Positions 36,201 through 51,600 of a stretch of DNA of 64,000 nt are shown one piece after another. How positions within the stretch are numbered: the stretch's first letter is position 1; every line of letters starts with the position of its first letter. The notes under the pieces were generated by a model that saw only the letters and a program-made list of their open reading frames with translations, was not told where the DNA came from and searched no databases. The stretch spans positions 29,700,001 through 29,764,000 of the forward strand of contig CM097885.1 in assembly GCA_044892525.1 (NCBI GenBank), read 5' to 3'. This stretch comes from Schmidtea polychroa. Its lineage: Eukaryota. Made by a program: the position numbers and the translations under genes.

Positions 36201-37861
36201 CTAGATACCTAAGGCTATTTAACAGTAGCCACATGGACATCAGAAGAATCCTAACAGAAGAAACAATTGATATTGCCAAGATCAGAACAAACCAGACAAT
36301 CTATACCATTAAAGACGCAATAAAATGGCTAGATAATACGCATACCAACTCAAAAAGGAACGACACAAAATACAGTTGGATCACTAGAATCAAAACAGCA
36401 ATAATGGGAATCATGAGAACCCATAAAATTGAGATAAAACTGTCCATTAATGAGGATGACCAACTAGAAGCAAGAGTCAAATGTGCTACTGAAGAAACAC
36501 CAGTAGTGGTCAAAGAAACGAATAAAATTTCAGCAACACTACACTGGATGATCAAAGAAAGCTATTTCAATAAATGGAAAGCAGCTAAATGCCAAGGCTA
36601 CATCATAAGCCTCCCATATTCCAAGAAAATGGAATGGGAACTCCCACGGAACTTAGATGATTCAGATTGGCAATTCATAATAAAAGCACGTGCCAACATG
36701 CTTGACCTAAGGAACAAGCAAGCAAACCAAGGAGGAAGACTAGCAGCAATAAACTGCAGGAAATGCGACTACCCAAGAGAATGCCAAGCACATGCCATCA
36801 ACCACTGTGACTATGGTAAAAACAGTAGAGTAACAAAACACAACGAAATCCAAAGATTGCTTACCGAATTACTCGAAACAAAAAAGTTAAATTACGAGAC
36901 AGAAGCAATACCAAAAGAATCATCTGTGAACCTAAAACCAGACATCCTAATCAGAGGAGAATCAAAAAATACCATCATTGACATTAAATGTCCTTTCGAT
37001 GACTAGGATACCATTGAACTGGCAAGAAACAAAAACCAAGACAAATATCGAAACTTGGCCACAGAGATCCAAACCAAGTCTGAAAAACCTACCACTGTAG
37101 AAACATTTGTGGTGTGTTCCCTTGGAACCCGGGATAAGAGAAATAACGAAATCCTCAGAAAACATGCTTGACCTAAGGAACAAGCAAGCAAACCAAGGAG
37201 GAAGACTAGCAGCAATAAACTGCAGGAAATGCGACTACCCAAGAGAATGCCAAGCACATGCCATCAACCACTGTGACTATGGTAAAAACAGTAGAGTAAC
37301 AAAACACAACGAAATCCAAAGATTGCTTACCGAATTACTCGAAACAAAAAAGTTAAATTACGAGACAGAAGCAATACCAAAAGAATCATCTGTGAACCTA
37401 AAACCAGACATCCTAATCAGAGGAGAATCAAAAAATACCATCATTGACATTAAATGTCCTTTCGATGACTAGGATACCATTGAACTGGCAAGAAACAAAA
37501 ACCAAGACAAATATCGAAACTTGGCCACAGAGATCCAAACCAAGTCTGAAAAACCTACCACTGTAGAAACATTTGTGGTGTGTTCCCTTGGAACCCGGGA
37601 TAAGAGAAATAACGAAATCCTCAGAAAACTTCAATTCAAATTTGACGAATATTCAAAAACAAAAGACAAAATGATCAAAGCCGTAATCAAAGGATCCAGA
37701 TACACATTCGACCAGCACAGGGGCTTCATGACCTGATGCTTTAAATATACCAGTGACTAGTTCACTCAAGAATCCAGATATCCCACCTATTCTGTTTACA
37801 GAAAGGTTCTTAACTCATCCTTGTGATGACACTTTTTGTTATATTAATAAATATTTTTATA
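33203..37861 (+). mobile_element. Family D element: near full length, 5'-truncated, frameshifted, with endonuclease and 3' UTR
   Basis: Two C2H2 fingers, protease (SHW, ILDS, Q..YDCG), RT (YADD), CRKC..HAINHC, KHNEI, KPDILI..IIDIKCP; stop at 37734-37736, 3' UTR about 125 nt; frameshifts near 34530, 35250, 35890; TAG at 37004. Confidence 0.92.
36697..37628 (+). repeat. 466-bp direct tandem duplication of the CCHC-endonuclease region
   Basis: ORF ends at 37006 and 37472 are identical and 466 nt apart; absent from the copy at 60.2-60.7 kb. Confidence 0.92.
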
Positions 37862-37912
37862 TTTCTGACACCTCTTGCTACAAACTCTGTAAAAATCAAA
37901 AGGATCGATAGG
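37862..37912 (-). pseudogene. 28S rRNA: 28S rRNA fragment just upstream of the insertion site (3' junction of family D)
   Basis: Minus strand CCTATCGATCCTTTTG...AGCAAGAGGTGTCAGAAA, the sequence that precedes AGTTACCACAGGGATAAC in eukaryotic LSU rRNA. Confidence 0.88.
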
Positions 37913-39811
37913 GAACAAAACCAATCAATGAATAAAACCATCAAATACATTGAACCAAGACTGGCAAACTTGCTTATCAATCGAAACTTGAGAACATTTC
38001 ATAATGAAATCAAGATAGACTCCTTGATTGGATGGGAACTAATAATCTGGCTTATACACTGGAACAACTGCCATTGGATTGTCTACCTTGCTAATTTCGA
38101 GGATAAAACCTCCATTATCTTGGATTCAGACAATCAGATGACAACATTGCAAAAGTGTTATATAAAAGACAGACTAGATAAATTCCTAGAAAATACAGTG
38201 GAAGAAAGAACCATCTTTAAATCACTTGAAAACAGATTAATTCCTCAACAATCAAACGACTATGATTGTGGAACATATGTCCTTCAATTCATAGAGGACT
38301 TTGTGAATGAACCTGAAAGACTAAATTATCAGACTCCAGACTCAATTAGAATTAGAAACATAATCGGGAAGCAGATTATGGAAGAATTAAAAGATGCCAA
38401 AAAGAATACACCAAAGAAGTCAAATAAAGAAATAGACGAATTAATTCTCAAATTGAAGTTACTACAGATAGACATTCATTCAGTACTTCAATGGTTCACG
38501 AACAAATATAATGAATCAATCCCTAAACAAAAGAACAAAAGAGGTGCAAAGATCAACATCTCAAAATGCTCATATCAAATACAAAGATTATTTGCATAGC
38601 TCCAAAAAGAGCAATAAAGGAAATATATAAAAATGAGTCAGCCCCAGCAGACCTTCCGAAAAGCATCTTAGATGCTTACTTCATAAAAGAAAATTGATCT
38701 CGGAATGGCAGTAGGCAGTAATGGCTGTGATGAGCACAATTACATCATCCAGGCACTGACTGAGAAATCGAACAGAATTAAATACAAACACGAACAATGT
38801 CACCTGGCTTTCTTGGACTTGGCTGATGCATTCGGAAGCATCCCATTTTCTGTCATTTGGCATACAATGAGCATAATGGGACTCGATAAAACAACTATCG
38901 ACCTATTAAAAGAATTGTATAAAGATAATGTCACAAGATACAAAAGTGGAAAAACTGAATCGGAAAGGATAAACATTGTAAAAGGCGTGAAACAGGGTTG
39001 CCCACTATCAATGACCCTATTCAGCCTATGCATTCAATTCATTCTAAAAGAGATCATCAATATGAATAAAGGAGCAACAATGGCAGCACAAGATATTAAC
39101 ATCCTTGCCTATGCAGACGACTTAGTAATTGTGGCCGATTCTGCTAAAAACCTACAAATTCTACTAGGAAGAATTGAAGATCTAGCAAATAAAGCATGCC
39201 TAAAGTTCAAACCGGCAAAATGCGGATACTACAGAGATCCAAAAGACAATACATCACGAGTTATGATCTATAAAGAACAAATCAGATTAGTAAGTGAGGA
39301 AAACATATACACCTATCTTGGAGTCAGAATAGGTGATAAAAAGAAAAAGAACCTAAATAAGCTTTTCGAAAAGGTTAAAGATCATACTAAATCGATTTTC
39401 ACTTCAAAACTCAGAAATGACCAAAAACTGGGGGCTTATAACACCTTTGGCTAATCAAAATTTGTATATATACTACAAGGAGAAGATATCTCAAAAATAA
39501 ATATTGAAAAATACGATAATGATATAAAAGCCATAATAAAAAAGCACGTGCTAGATCTCCAAGATAACAGCCCATTCACAGACTCAGTGATTTACTCACC
39601 ACGAGAAAAGGGAGGCTTAGGAATCACAAAAGTGTTCGATGAGCAGATAATCCAAACAATAAATAGAGCTCTGAAACTCCTAACAAGTAACCACAAACTG
39701 ATCCAAGAAAAGATTGAAGATTTGGAAAATGCATTGAAATGGTTGGATGGATCAATAAAATACAAGAAAAACACAAACGCCAAGACAACGTGGATAACAC
39801 GAGTAAGAGAA
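37913..39811 (+). mobile_element. Family E protease plus RT, internally deleted
   Basis: HWNNCHW, ILDSD, PQQSNDYDCG, KCSYQIQR; deletion near 38687 removes the early RT; YADD present. Confidence 0.88.
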
Positions 39812-40248
39812 AAATTTTTTAGACGACCATCTGAAATAGTCCAAAAAATTAGACTAAGTATTTTGGCTAGTGTACAAATGCTACTGCAAAAACATTTTCA
39901 AAAAATGTGGTAATGAAGAGATTTTGACAATTGGAGGAGATGAAATTCAGATTGCAGATCTTACAAAGTCAGAAATCAGCCAAAACAAACCAGATAATCA
40001 GAATACTTCAACAATTTCTGAATTAAAGAATGAGAATCGTCAATTACGTTTGGAAATGAAAAACATGAAGAAAATGATGGAACAAATGATAAAATCAATT
40101 GAAACTTTAGAACAAATTATCAAAGACTCTGCCAAAATTTCTACAGAAAATAGAAAAACACAACCAAATTCAGATCAGATTGTGAAAATTCGAGAAAAAG
40201 AGCATTATTTAAACAAAGTGTGTGTTACACATTAATTGTATACAAGAT

Positions 40249-43200
40249 TGTAGATGCAGTCATTGAGGAACCAGTCCAAGATACTGTGGACCTGCCAATA
40301 CCAATAGAGCCCACAGTTGTCGAAGAACCACAGATAACCACAAACAACGAAAATATAGAAATTAGTGAAACAGATAGAGATTTGGTAGAGAAACACACAA
40401 CACCTGCACCAACATCAGTCAGCAAATCAAAACAACAACCAAAAAATATCCGGTCCAAGAGCATAAAGAAAAGAAGACAAGTGGATGACACCGAATACCA
40501 AGAAAACACAAAGGATAACAAAAAAATACGTACCGGTGGAGGACCGTCAACGGCAAATACTCCACTGACCAATCTTATTATACCAAATATGAAAATCAAC
40601 GATGAACTAAAAATCCAATGCAATTGCAAAAAAAATAGATACTCGTACTCAACAGATACCAATGCCACCAAACACTTCAAAGAGTTACATCCACAATCCG
40701 GAGATCCAATAATAGAGTGCGGAATATGCAAAGCCATCATCACTATCAATGAAGCAATAGAACATATAGCAGTCCATAGAGAGAACAATACAAAAGAAAG
40801 GAACATACAGCAGCCCGCAATCAAACCAACAGAGGAGGACATCCCTACGGAGACCAGCTGACTATCACAGACAGCGATAGAATATTACATAAAATTTCTA
40901 TCGCTCAGTATACCTACTCCAAACACCGTGGCCTATATCAAACCAACATGTGCCACGGACCTGATAGAGAATAATAAGGCTGGTCTCTACAGTAACATCC
41001 ATTTGGATACAATCGTGGGCTCTGATAGGGTCGTATGGCTGATCCATTGGAAACTCTGTCACTGGTCAATATACCTAGCGGACAAAGAAAATAGGGAGTC
41101 GGTAATTCTTGATACTGATGACCAAATATCCGAATCAGAGAAAAGTACAATAAAGGCCAAAATGGATGAAATACTAAGGATGACTACACAGGATCAAGCC
41201 CCATTCAACAGAATATCAATTGACGAATACCCCAAACAAGATAACGATTATGATTGTGGAGTGTTCGTTCTTCAATATATAATGGACTTCTTAGAAAATC
41301 CAGAGAGACCCTTATTCAATATGCCTGATTCAGATAAAATAAGAACACAAATTACAACGAGCATACTAGAAGATATCAAAAAATACAAAAAATGCAACAA
41401 TGAAACAAAGAATGAAGACATAGAAGACGATAAATCAATTTAGACTACACCAATTATCAATAAATGACATACTTAATTGGTTCAAGAACAGATTCCTAAA
41501 AGATCAAAAGCCGAGAAGAGCATGCAGAAGCGAAAATAAAAAACCCAAGCTATGCTCATACCAAATACAGAGATTATATACAATAAACTCGGGCAAAGCA
41601 ATAATACAAATTCACAATGAAACATGCAAAGTTATTGACCTAACATCAACGGCAATGGACCTGCATTTTATAAGAACAAAGCCTCCAAAGATACAAAATA
41701 TGATTAATATTACGGATAAAAGACCAGAATGGGAATCATCAAAGCCATTTACAGAGAAAGATGTATCCATTGGAATAAAAAACAGCAAAGATGCAGCACC
41801 AGGAGAGGATGGAATTCCAATAAGAGCATGGAAAGAATGGATGCCTGAAGACCCATTAACTCCAATATTCAACAAAATAATAGAATCCAAAAACATCCCA
41901 GATTCATGGAAAACTTATGTTACAAAGTTAATTAAAAAACTAGGCAAAAGTAACCAAGCACACAATCCGGCAAATTGGAGACCAATAGCATTAATGCCCA
42001 CAAGTTATAGAATTTTTATGAAAATCCTTAACAAAAGAATTCTCCAATGGATCCACGAACACAGGTTAATTTCGAAATGGCAAAAGGCAGTGAATATATC
42101 CAATGGGTGTGATGAACATAATTACATCATCACTGTTCAAAAAGAAAAGCCCAACAGAAAAAGATACAAAGGATGTGAATGCCACCTAGTGTTCTTGGAT
42201 CTTGCGGATGCCTTCGGCAGCATTCCACACGAAGTGATCTGGCATACTTTAGAACAGAAAGGCCTAAATAAAAACACCATAAGCCTATTGCAAGAATGCT
42301 ATAAAGACTGTCACACTATATATCAAAGTGGTGACACCAGATCAAGCCAAATCAAACAAGTAAAAGGTGTTAGACAAGGATGCCCACTATCAATGACCAT
42401 CTTCAGCCTCTGTATTGAATATCTAATACAAGCTGCAATAAATAGTGGGAAAGGAGTCGAGATAGCTGGAGAGAAAATAAGCATTTTAGCATATGCGGAC
42501 GATCTCGTTCTTATGGCACCACAACACTATCAAATCCAAGAAATGCTCAACATAATAGTGGAACAAGCAAAGATGGCTCACCTTATATTTAAACCCGAAA
42601 AGTGTGGTTACTACCTAAATAAAAAAGATGCTATTGGATGGGAAAACAACATCTTTCTCGACGGAACAAAGATCAAACATATAAATGAGGAAAATCTTTA
42701 CACTTACCTTGGTGTCACAGTTGGTAGCACAAAGAAAAACGATCTAAATCAAATTTTCAAAGAAGTTGAAGACAAAGCAATCAGCATTTTCAGATCTTCG
42801 TTGAGGGCTCACCAGAAAATCGAGGCATATAACATCTTTTGCCATTCAAAATTCATATTCATCTTGCAAGCCGAAGAAATAGCTAAAAGCGAAGCTGGAA
42901 AATTTGATGACAAAATTAGAATGCTAATAAAGGATAAAGAGGTGCTTGACCTACAACATAAAAGCCCTCTAATGGACGCAATTTTTTACTCCCCGACCGA
43001 AAAAGGAGGCATTGGTATTACAAAGATAGTAGACGAACAGATCATACAAACAATTTCTCGTTTCCTAAAGTTGATAAACAGCAGTCATTCGGCAATAGTA
43101 AACATATTAACGGAAGAATTAATAGATGTAGCCGAAACAAGAACCGATTCCCCCATCAACTCATTGTCAGATTCGTTAAAATGGTTAGATGAAACATATG

Positions 43201-43420
43201 CCCATAAAAGAACAAATTCGGCAAAAAAATCATGGTTAGATAGAGTAAAGAATGCAATAACTCAATTATACAACGATCATGATATCAAATTGACTTTCCT
43301 ATCACGAAATATTGGCACTGGATGTAACATCAAATCCTACAATCAAGAAAAACCTGAGGAAGTCTTTCCTCCATTCTTAGACGAAGCCTCAAAAAAGCTA
43401 CACAAAATGATCAGAGAAGG
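40249..43420 (+). mobile_element. Family A copy 3, with a 2-nt frameshift deletion near 41429
   Basis: gaagacgataaatc vs gaagacgccataaatc in copies 1 and 2; ORF split into 40928-41443 and 41655-43463. Confidence 0.92.
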
Positions 43421-45630
43421 CCTATATCAAACCAACATGTGCCACGGACCTGATAGAGAATAATAAGGCTGGTCTCTACAGAAACATCCATTTGGATACA
43501 ATCGTGGGCTCTGATAGGGTCGTATGGCTGATCCATTGGAAACTCTGTCACTGGTCAATATACCTAGCGGACAAAGAAAATAGGGAGTCGGTAATTCTTG
43601 ATCCTGATGACCAAATATCCGAATCAGAGAAAAGTACAATAAAGGCCAAAATGGATGAAATACTAAGGATGACTACACAGGATCAAGCCCCATTCAACAG
43701 AATATCAATTGACGAATACCCCAAACAAGATAACGATTAAGAAGTTTTTGCAAATGAGTAGTCAAACAAAAATTTGGAAGAAATGAAAGCTTGGGCCGCC
43801 ACAACCAGTTATCCCTGTGGTAAACACACAAATTCAACAATCGAAGAGGATGAAAACATCGCAAAGGAATCAGAAATACAGAAAATTCACGAAAAAACCA
43901 ATAAATTAGAGTCTGGAATACTGATGATGATGAAATGGATACAAACTCTAACCAATGAAATAAAAACTCTATCGGAAAAATTGGACAAATCGCAAAATGG
44001 GAATGAATCAGACGGAGGAATTCAAAGGAAAAGCTATGCCAAAATTGCCAAAAAATCAAATACAAATTTAAATCTCAAAGAAAATAACAAAAATTTAAAT
44101 TTTACGAATTATAAAAATTCAGAAAATCCAGAAAATCCAGATAATAATTTAACTTTCAAAGAAAATAATTAAAATTTAAATTCTACGAATTATAAAAATC
44201 CAGAAAACCCAGAAAATTCTGATAATAATTTAATTTTCAAAGAAAATAATGAAAATTTAAATTCTACGAATTATAAAAATTCAGAAAATCCAGAAAATTT
44301 AAAAGATTTTAAAAATTTAAAAAATGGAAAATCAATTAAAAATTTTAAAACTCAGTATACCTACTCCAAACACCGTGGCCTATATCAAACCAACATGCGC
44401 CACGGACTTAATAGAAAATAATAAGGCTGGTCTCTACAGAAACATCCATATGGATACAATCGTGGGCTCTGATAGGGTCGTATGGCTGATCCATTGGAAT
44501 CTCTGTCACTGGTCAATATACCTAGCGGACAAAGAAAATAGGGAGTCGGTAATCCTTGATCCTGATGACCAAATATCCGAATCAGAAAAAAACACAATAA
44601 AAGCCAAAATGGACGAAATTCTAAGAATGACCACACAAGAATAACAATTGACGAATACCCCAAACTATGACTGTGGGGTGTTCGTACTCCAATACATATC
44701 CGACTTCCTATCCAGTGACAGAGGGATCAGATTTACGACCCCAAACTCAATGGAAATCAGAGAGCAAATTAAAAATATCTTAATGGAAAATATAGACAAA
44801 TATGATAGCCTAGCCTCAATCAAGAAAAATGAGGCTATTGAGGCTATCATAACCAGCTTCCGCCTACACAAGACAAACATCGACCAATTCCTCAAATGGT
44901 TCACTGATTTATTCAATAAAGATCGAAAGCCACAAAGGAATCATAGAGATAAAACATATACAATTACCAAATGCTCCTACCAGATACAGAGAATATTCAC
45001 AGTGGCACCTGGTAGGGCTATCAAAGAGATAGACAGAATCCTGGAACCGGCTACCGATTTAACAACAGCGGTGATAGACACATACTTCGAAAGACCCACT
45101 CCTCCAAAAATGAGAGAAAAACCAGCACCCATTAAAAGTGCTCCGGAGTGGGAAACAAATAAACCAATAACCAGGGCAGACATCGATGAAGCAATAATAA
45201 ACAGCAAAGATGCTGCACCTGGTATGGACCAAATCCCACTTCGACAATGGAGGGAGTGGATGGCATTTGATGCGCTAACACCAATCTTCAACAAAATCCT
45301 GGAGACGCATCAAATTCCCGAAGTATGGAGAAAATATTTATTTGAATTAAAGAATGAGAATCGTCAATTAAGTTTGGAAATGAAAAACATGAAGAAAATG
45401 ATGGAACAAAAGATAAAATCAATTGAAACTTTAGAACAAATTATCAAAGACTCTGCCAAAATTTCTACAGAAAATAGAAAAACACAACCAAATTCAGATG
45501 AGATTGTGAAAATTCGAGAAAAAGAGCATTATTTAAACAAAGTGTGTGTTACACATTAATTGTATACAAGATTGTTATCACAAGATTGCTTGTTTTTATT
45601 AATAAATTTTTGACTCTGACACCTCATGCT

Positions 45631-48600
45631 GGTGTTCCTCATCTGGGAAAAGTTTGCTGACTTATCTAAGATTTTTTAATTTTTAATTGAGCTTAATTCT
45701 GAATTTATTTCTTTTTGTAATTTTTCTATTGGTTTAAAAATATTTTAAATTGATTTTAAATTTTTTAAATGATTTTTATTATTACTTTTAAAATTTCTTG
45801 GATTAATTTTATTATTTTTTGTATTTTTAATATTTAAATTTAAATCATGGGTATTTCCTTGAAAGTTTTTAAATTTTCTTGGATATTTATTTGAAAATTT
45901 AATTTCATGTTTAAATTTTTATTGTTTTCTTGAAATATTTTATTATTCTTTGAAATTAATTTTTCTTGTATTTTCTTGTATATATAATAAAATTCATGTT
46001 TTTATCCAAATTTAACATTATTTCCAAGCTTTTTTCTTGATAAATAAATTTGTCTTGGATATTTTCTTGAAGATTTGACATATTGTGTATCACTTTTATT
46101 ATTTCCATCTGTAATTTTCAAATTGAAGTTTTGTTTTTAGTATTTTTTATCTGGGAAAGGTTTAAAAAAATATCGAAAATATTAAAACAATACCATTTAA
46201 TATTTATAATTTTATTGAAAATTTAGATCAAGATGATATTAAAAAAACTAGAATGTAAAAATTATATTTATAGAAAATTTATCTAAAAATTTATATAAGA
46301 ATTTTGATAAAAAATAAATGATTAAACTACAAATGCTTAAAAATTATATATAACATTAAAAATATATCTAAACATTTAAACTTTAAAGAAATATATATTA
46401 AAATATAATTTTAAAGATAAAAAATCTTTAAATTTAAAAGAAATATGTTACCAAAGAATATTGAACTATCAACAGAAAATAATAAAAACTCTGAATGATA
46501 ATTGAATAATAATTTTTAAAATGTTACTTATTCAATTAAAAACAAAAAACGAATCCAGATAATATTCAGGAAAGCAATAACAATGCCAAAAAACCAAGAT
46601 CCAATAATGAAAAACGCAGCAACTCTGCCCAAAAAAATGAAATCAAAAATTCAGAGACTCCCATAAAACCATTAAACTTTGACAATAATGTCAAATCTAA
46701 TGATATAAATATATTTCTATTCCATGAAAATACCAGATTATCAAAAACATATATAGAAATAGAATATTATAAGAAGAAATTTGTAAAAATCTGTCAAAAA
46801 TGATAAAAAATAGTGAATGTTATAAAAACGATAAATTTGTCGTTTAAATTATCGTTTTTATTGCAGTTTTAATTTTTAATGTTTTGAGTATGATTTAATT
46901 ATTTCAAGATTCATTAATAATAAAAATCAAGATTAAATTAATTTTTGAAATATTAAATTTATCACAGAAAATATCTCAAAGTTAGAGGATATGGGTCTTT
47001 TATTAGAAATAAAATATAAAAATATCTATTGAATAAAATAAGCATTTTTAGAAATAAAAATGTAAACAATTTTAAAAATTCAATATTTATTTGAAATTTG
47101 GAAGTTCAAATATTAAATTAAAAAAAATCTTTTTTGGCAGAATAGGTTTATTTAATTATAGTTGAATTATTTGTATTTTTTTAAAGTTAAAAATGTAAGT
47201 GTGTAAAATATTATTGATATAAATAAAAAAAATATCATAAGAAAATTTAAATGATAAAAATTAATTTATTATTAAAAATAATTGAAAATATACAAAAAAC
47301 AAATCAAATTTAAAAATATCAATAAAAATATTTAGAAATAAAAGTTAAAACAATTTTTAAAATTTAATATTTTTTTTTAAAAATGGAAGGTCAAATATCG
47401 AATTTAAAAATATTTTAATCCAAATTTAAAAAAAACATTTAATTATAATAATAATATTGAAATTTTAGATCAAGATGATAATAAACAATTAGAATGTTAC
47501 AATTATATTTATGAAAAATATATATAAAATATCAAACTTTAAAGAAAATTATATCAGAATATGATTTTAAAGATAAAAAATATATTAAAATTTCAAATAT
47601 ATTTTAACAAAAAATATTGAAGTACCAACAGATTTATAATAACTCTAACAGTTATATAAATACATTTTTTTAGTTTAACTAATTCAATGAAAAAGAATTT
47701 TAAAACAATGAAAAATTCGAAATTCAGAACAATTCAGAACCTCGTCCAAATGAAATTGGAAAAAGCCCTAAATAACTTTCCACCAGCATCCAAGATGAAA
47801 AACAACGATAACTAAATGCCAATTAATAGTAAAATAAATAATTTACAGTTTAATCAATAACTTATATATAATTAAAAATTAAAAAAATTAAATCATTAAA
47901 TTATATTATATTTCTCATTATTCTTGAATGAAGAGTTTGAACTTTTTGAATTCTATGATTGTTGAGTTCTCAATTTCAAAATTAGAGTATATGGGTCTTT
48001 TATTAGAAAGTTAATTTATTATTAAAAATAATTTAAAATATACAAAAAACAAATAAAATATAAAAATATCTATTGAAGAAGATATGAAAATATTTGGAAA
48101 TAAAAATATATACAATTTTCAAAAATTTATTATTTATTTAAAAAGTTCAAATATTGAATAGAAAAATATTTTATTCAAAATTCTAAAAAAATATCGAAAA
48201 TATTAAAAAACCATTTAATTTTTATATAATTATTGAAAATTTAGATCAAGTTGATATTTAAAAAATTAGAATGTAAAAATTATATTTATAGAAAATATAT
48301 CTAAAAAGAATTTTAAATCAATGAAAAATCAAAATTCAGAACAATTCAGAACCTCGTCCAAATAAAATTGGAAAAACCCCTTATAACCTTCCACCAGTAT
48401 CCAAGATAAAGTACAACAAAAACGAAATGCCAAATTATAGTAAAATAATCAATTAACAGTTTAATATATATATATATATATATATATTTCATTTCTTATT
48501 CCTTGTGATCTCCAATGCTTCGAATTGAAACAGTTTTTCTCGTATGTCTTGTGATGACATTTAGATAAAAACTTTCGTTTCTTGGAATCTGGATGTTAGT

Positions 48601-51600
48601 GGGCTGATAATATCTGGTTGGTAATTGGTTGTTATTATCTAGTTATTATCTAGTTATATTCGATAACTAACAGCTTCTACAAAATCCAAAGAATCTACTA
48701 GGTCATCCTGGAAGACTAATCCGAGAAATTGATAACGTGTTTAGTCTTTTATCAAAAGGTGAATGCATTTAAAATTAGGACAGGATATGTTATCAGATTA
48801 CACAAAAATCCATCATAATTTAATATCAAATAAAATAAGTAGATTATTTAACAAAATTAAATTATTTTTAGATAAAGAAATACCAATCGAAACAAGAAGA
48901 AAATATGTCGTTTGTATTATGTTTTGAGTATGATTTAATTATTGGAGATTCAATAATAATAAAAATTAAGATTGAATTAATTGTTGAAATATTAAATTTA
49001 TCACAGAAAATATCTCGATGTTAGAGGATATGGGTCTTTTATTAGAAAGTTAATTTATTAATAAAAATAATTTAAAATATACAAAAAACAAATAAAATAT
49101 AAAAATATCTATTGCCTAAGATAAATATCTCAAAATTAGAGTATATGGGTCTTTTATTAGAAAGTTAATTTATTATTAAAAATAATTTAAAATATACAAA
49201 AATTAAATAAAATATAAAAATATCTTTTGGCTAAGATAAACATTTTTAGAAATTAAAATGTAAACAATAATTATTTAAAATTGAAAGTTCAAATATTGAA
49301 TTAAAAAAAATTTTTTTGGCAGAATGGGTTTATTTAATTATAGTTGAATTATTTGTATTTTTTTAAAGTTAAAAATGAAAGTGTGTATGTAAGTCATAAA
49401 TATCATAAGAAAATTTAAATGATAAAAATTAATTTATTATTAAAAATAATTGAAAATATACAAAAAACAAATCAAATTTAAAAATATCAATAAAAATATT
49501 TAGAAATAAAAGTTAAAACAATTTTTAAAATTTAATATTTTTTTTTAAAAATGGAAGGTCAAATATCGAATTTAAAAATATTTTAATCCAAATTTAAAAA
49601 AAACATTTAATTATAATAATAATATTGAAATTTTAGATCAAGATGATAATAAACAATTAGAATGTTACAATTATATTTATGAAAAATATATATAAAATAT
49701 CAAACTTTAAAGAAAATTATATCAGAATATGATTTTAAAGATAAAAAATATATTAAAATTTCAAATATATTTTAACAAAAAATATTGAAGTACCAACAGA
49801 TTTATAATAACTCTAACAGTTATATAAATACATTTTTTTAGTTTAACTAATTCAATGAAAAAGAATTTTAAAACAATGAAAAATTCGAAATTCAGAACAA
49901 TTCAGAACCTCGTCCAAATGAAATTGGAAAAAGCCCTAAATAACTTTCCACCAGCATCCAAGATGAAAAACAACGATAACTAAATGCCAATTAATAGTAA
50001 AATAAATAATTTACAGTTTAATCAATAACTTATATATAATTAAAAATTAAAAAAATTAAATCATTAAATTATATTATATTTCTCATTATTCTTGAATGAA
50101 GAGTTTGAACTTTTTGAATTCTATGATTGTTGAGTTCTCAATTTCAAAATTAGAGTATATGGGTCTTTTATTAGAAAGTTAATTTATTATTAAAAATAAT
50201 TTAAAATATACAAAAAACAAATAAAATATAAAAATATCTATTGAAGAAGATATGAAAATATTTGGAAATAAAAATATATACAATTTTCAAAAATTTATTA
50301 TTTATTTAAAAAGTTCAAATATTGAATAGAAAAATATTTTATTCAAAATTCTAAAAAAATATCGAAAATATTAAAAAACCATTTAATTTTTATATAATTA
50401 TTGAAAATTTAGATCAAGTTGATATTTAAAAAATTAGAATGTAAAAATTATATTTATAGAAAATATATCTAAAAAGAATTTTAAATCAATGAAAAATCAA
50501 AATTCAGAACAATTCAGAACCTCGTCCAAATAAAATTGGAAAAACCCCTTATAACCTTCCACCAGTATCCAAGATAAAGTACAACAAAAACGAAATGCCA
50601 AATTATAGTAAAATAATCAATTAACAGTTTAATATATATATATATATATATATATTTCATTTCTTATTCCTTGTGATCTCCAATGCTTCGAATTGAAACA
50701 GTTTTTCTCGTATGTCTTGTGATGACATTTAGATAAAAACTTTCGTTTCTTGGAATCTGGATGTTAGTGGGCTGATAATATCTGGTTGGTAATTGGTTGT
50801 TATTATCTAGTTATTATCTAGTTATATTCGATAACTAACAGCTTCTACAAAATCCAAAGAATCTACTAGGTCATCCTGGAAGACTAATCCGAGAAATTGA
50901 TAACGTGTTTAGTCTTTTATCAAAAGGTGAATGCATTTAAAATTAGGACAGGATATGTTATCAGATTACACAAAAATCCATCATAATTTAATATCAAATA
51001 AAATAAGTAGATTATTTAACAAAATTAAATTATTTTTAGATAAAGAAATACCAATCGAAACAAGAAGAAAATATGTCGTTTGTATTATGTTTTGAGTATG
51101 ATTTAATTATTGGAGATTCAATAATAATAAAAATTAAGATTGAATTAATTGTTGAAATATTAAATTTATCACAGAAAATATCTCGATGTTAGAGGATATG
51201 GGTCTTTTATTAGAAAGTTAATTTATTAATAAAAATAATTTAAAATATACAAAAAACAAATAAAATATAAAAATATCTATTGCCTAAGATAAATATCTCA
51301 AAATTAGAGTATATGGGTCTTTTATTAGAAAGTTAATTTATTATTAAAAATAATTTAAAATATACAAAAATTAAATAAAATATAAAAATATCTTTTGGCT
51401 AAGATAAACATTTTTAGAAATTAAAATGTAAACAATAATTATTTAAAATTGAAAGTTCAAATATTGAATTAAAAAAAATTTTTTTGGCAGAATGGGTTTA
51501 TTTAATTATAGTTGAATTATTTGTATTTTTTTAAAGTTAAAAATGTAAATGTGTATGTAAGTCATAAATATCATAAGAAAATTTAAATGATAAAAATTAA

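Noticed and set aside
37823..38599. Secreted or membrane protease suggested by a hydrophobic N-terminus
   Set aside because: The N-terminus is translated 3' UTR plus antisense 28S fused to a family E protease fragment, and it differs by a frameshift in the copy at 60840.
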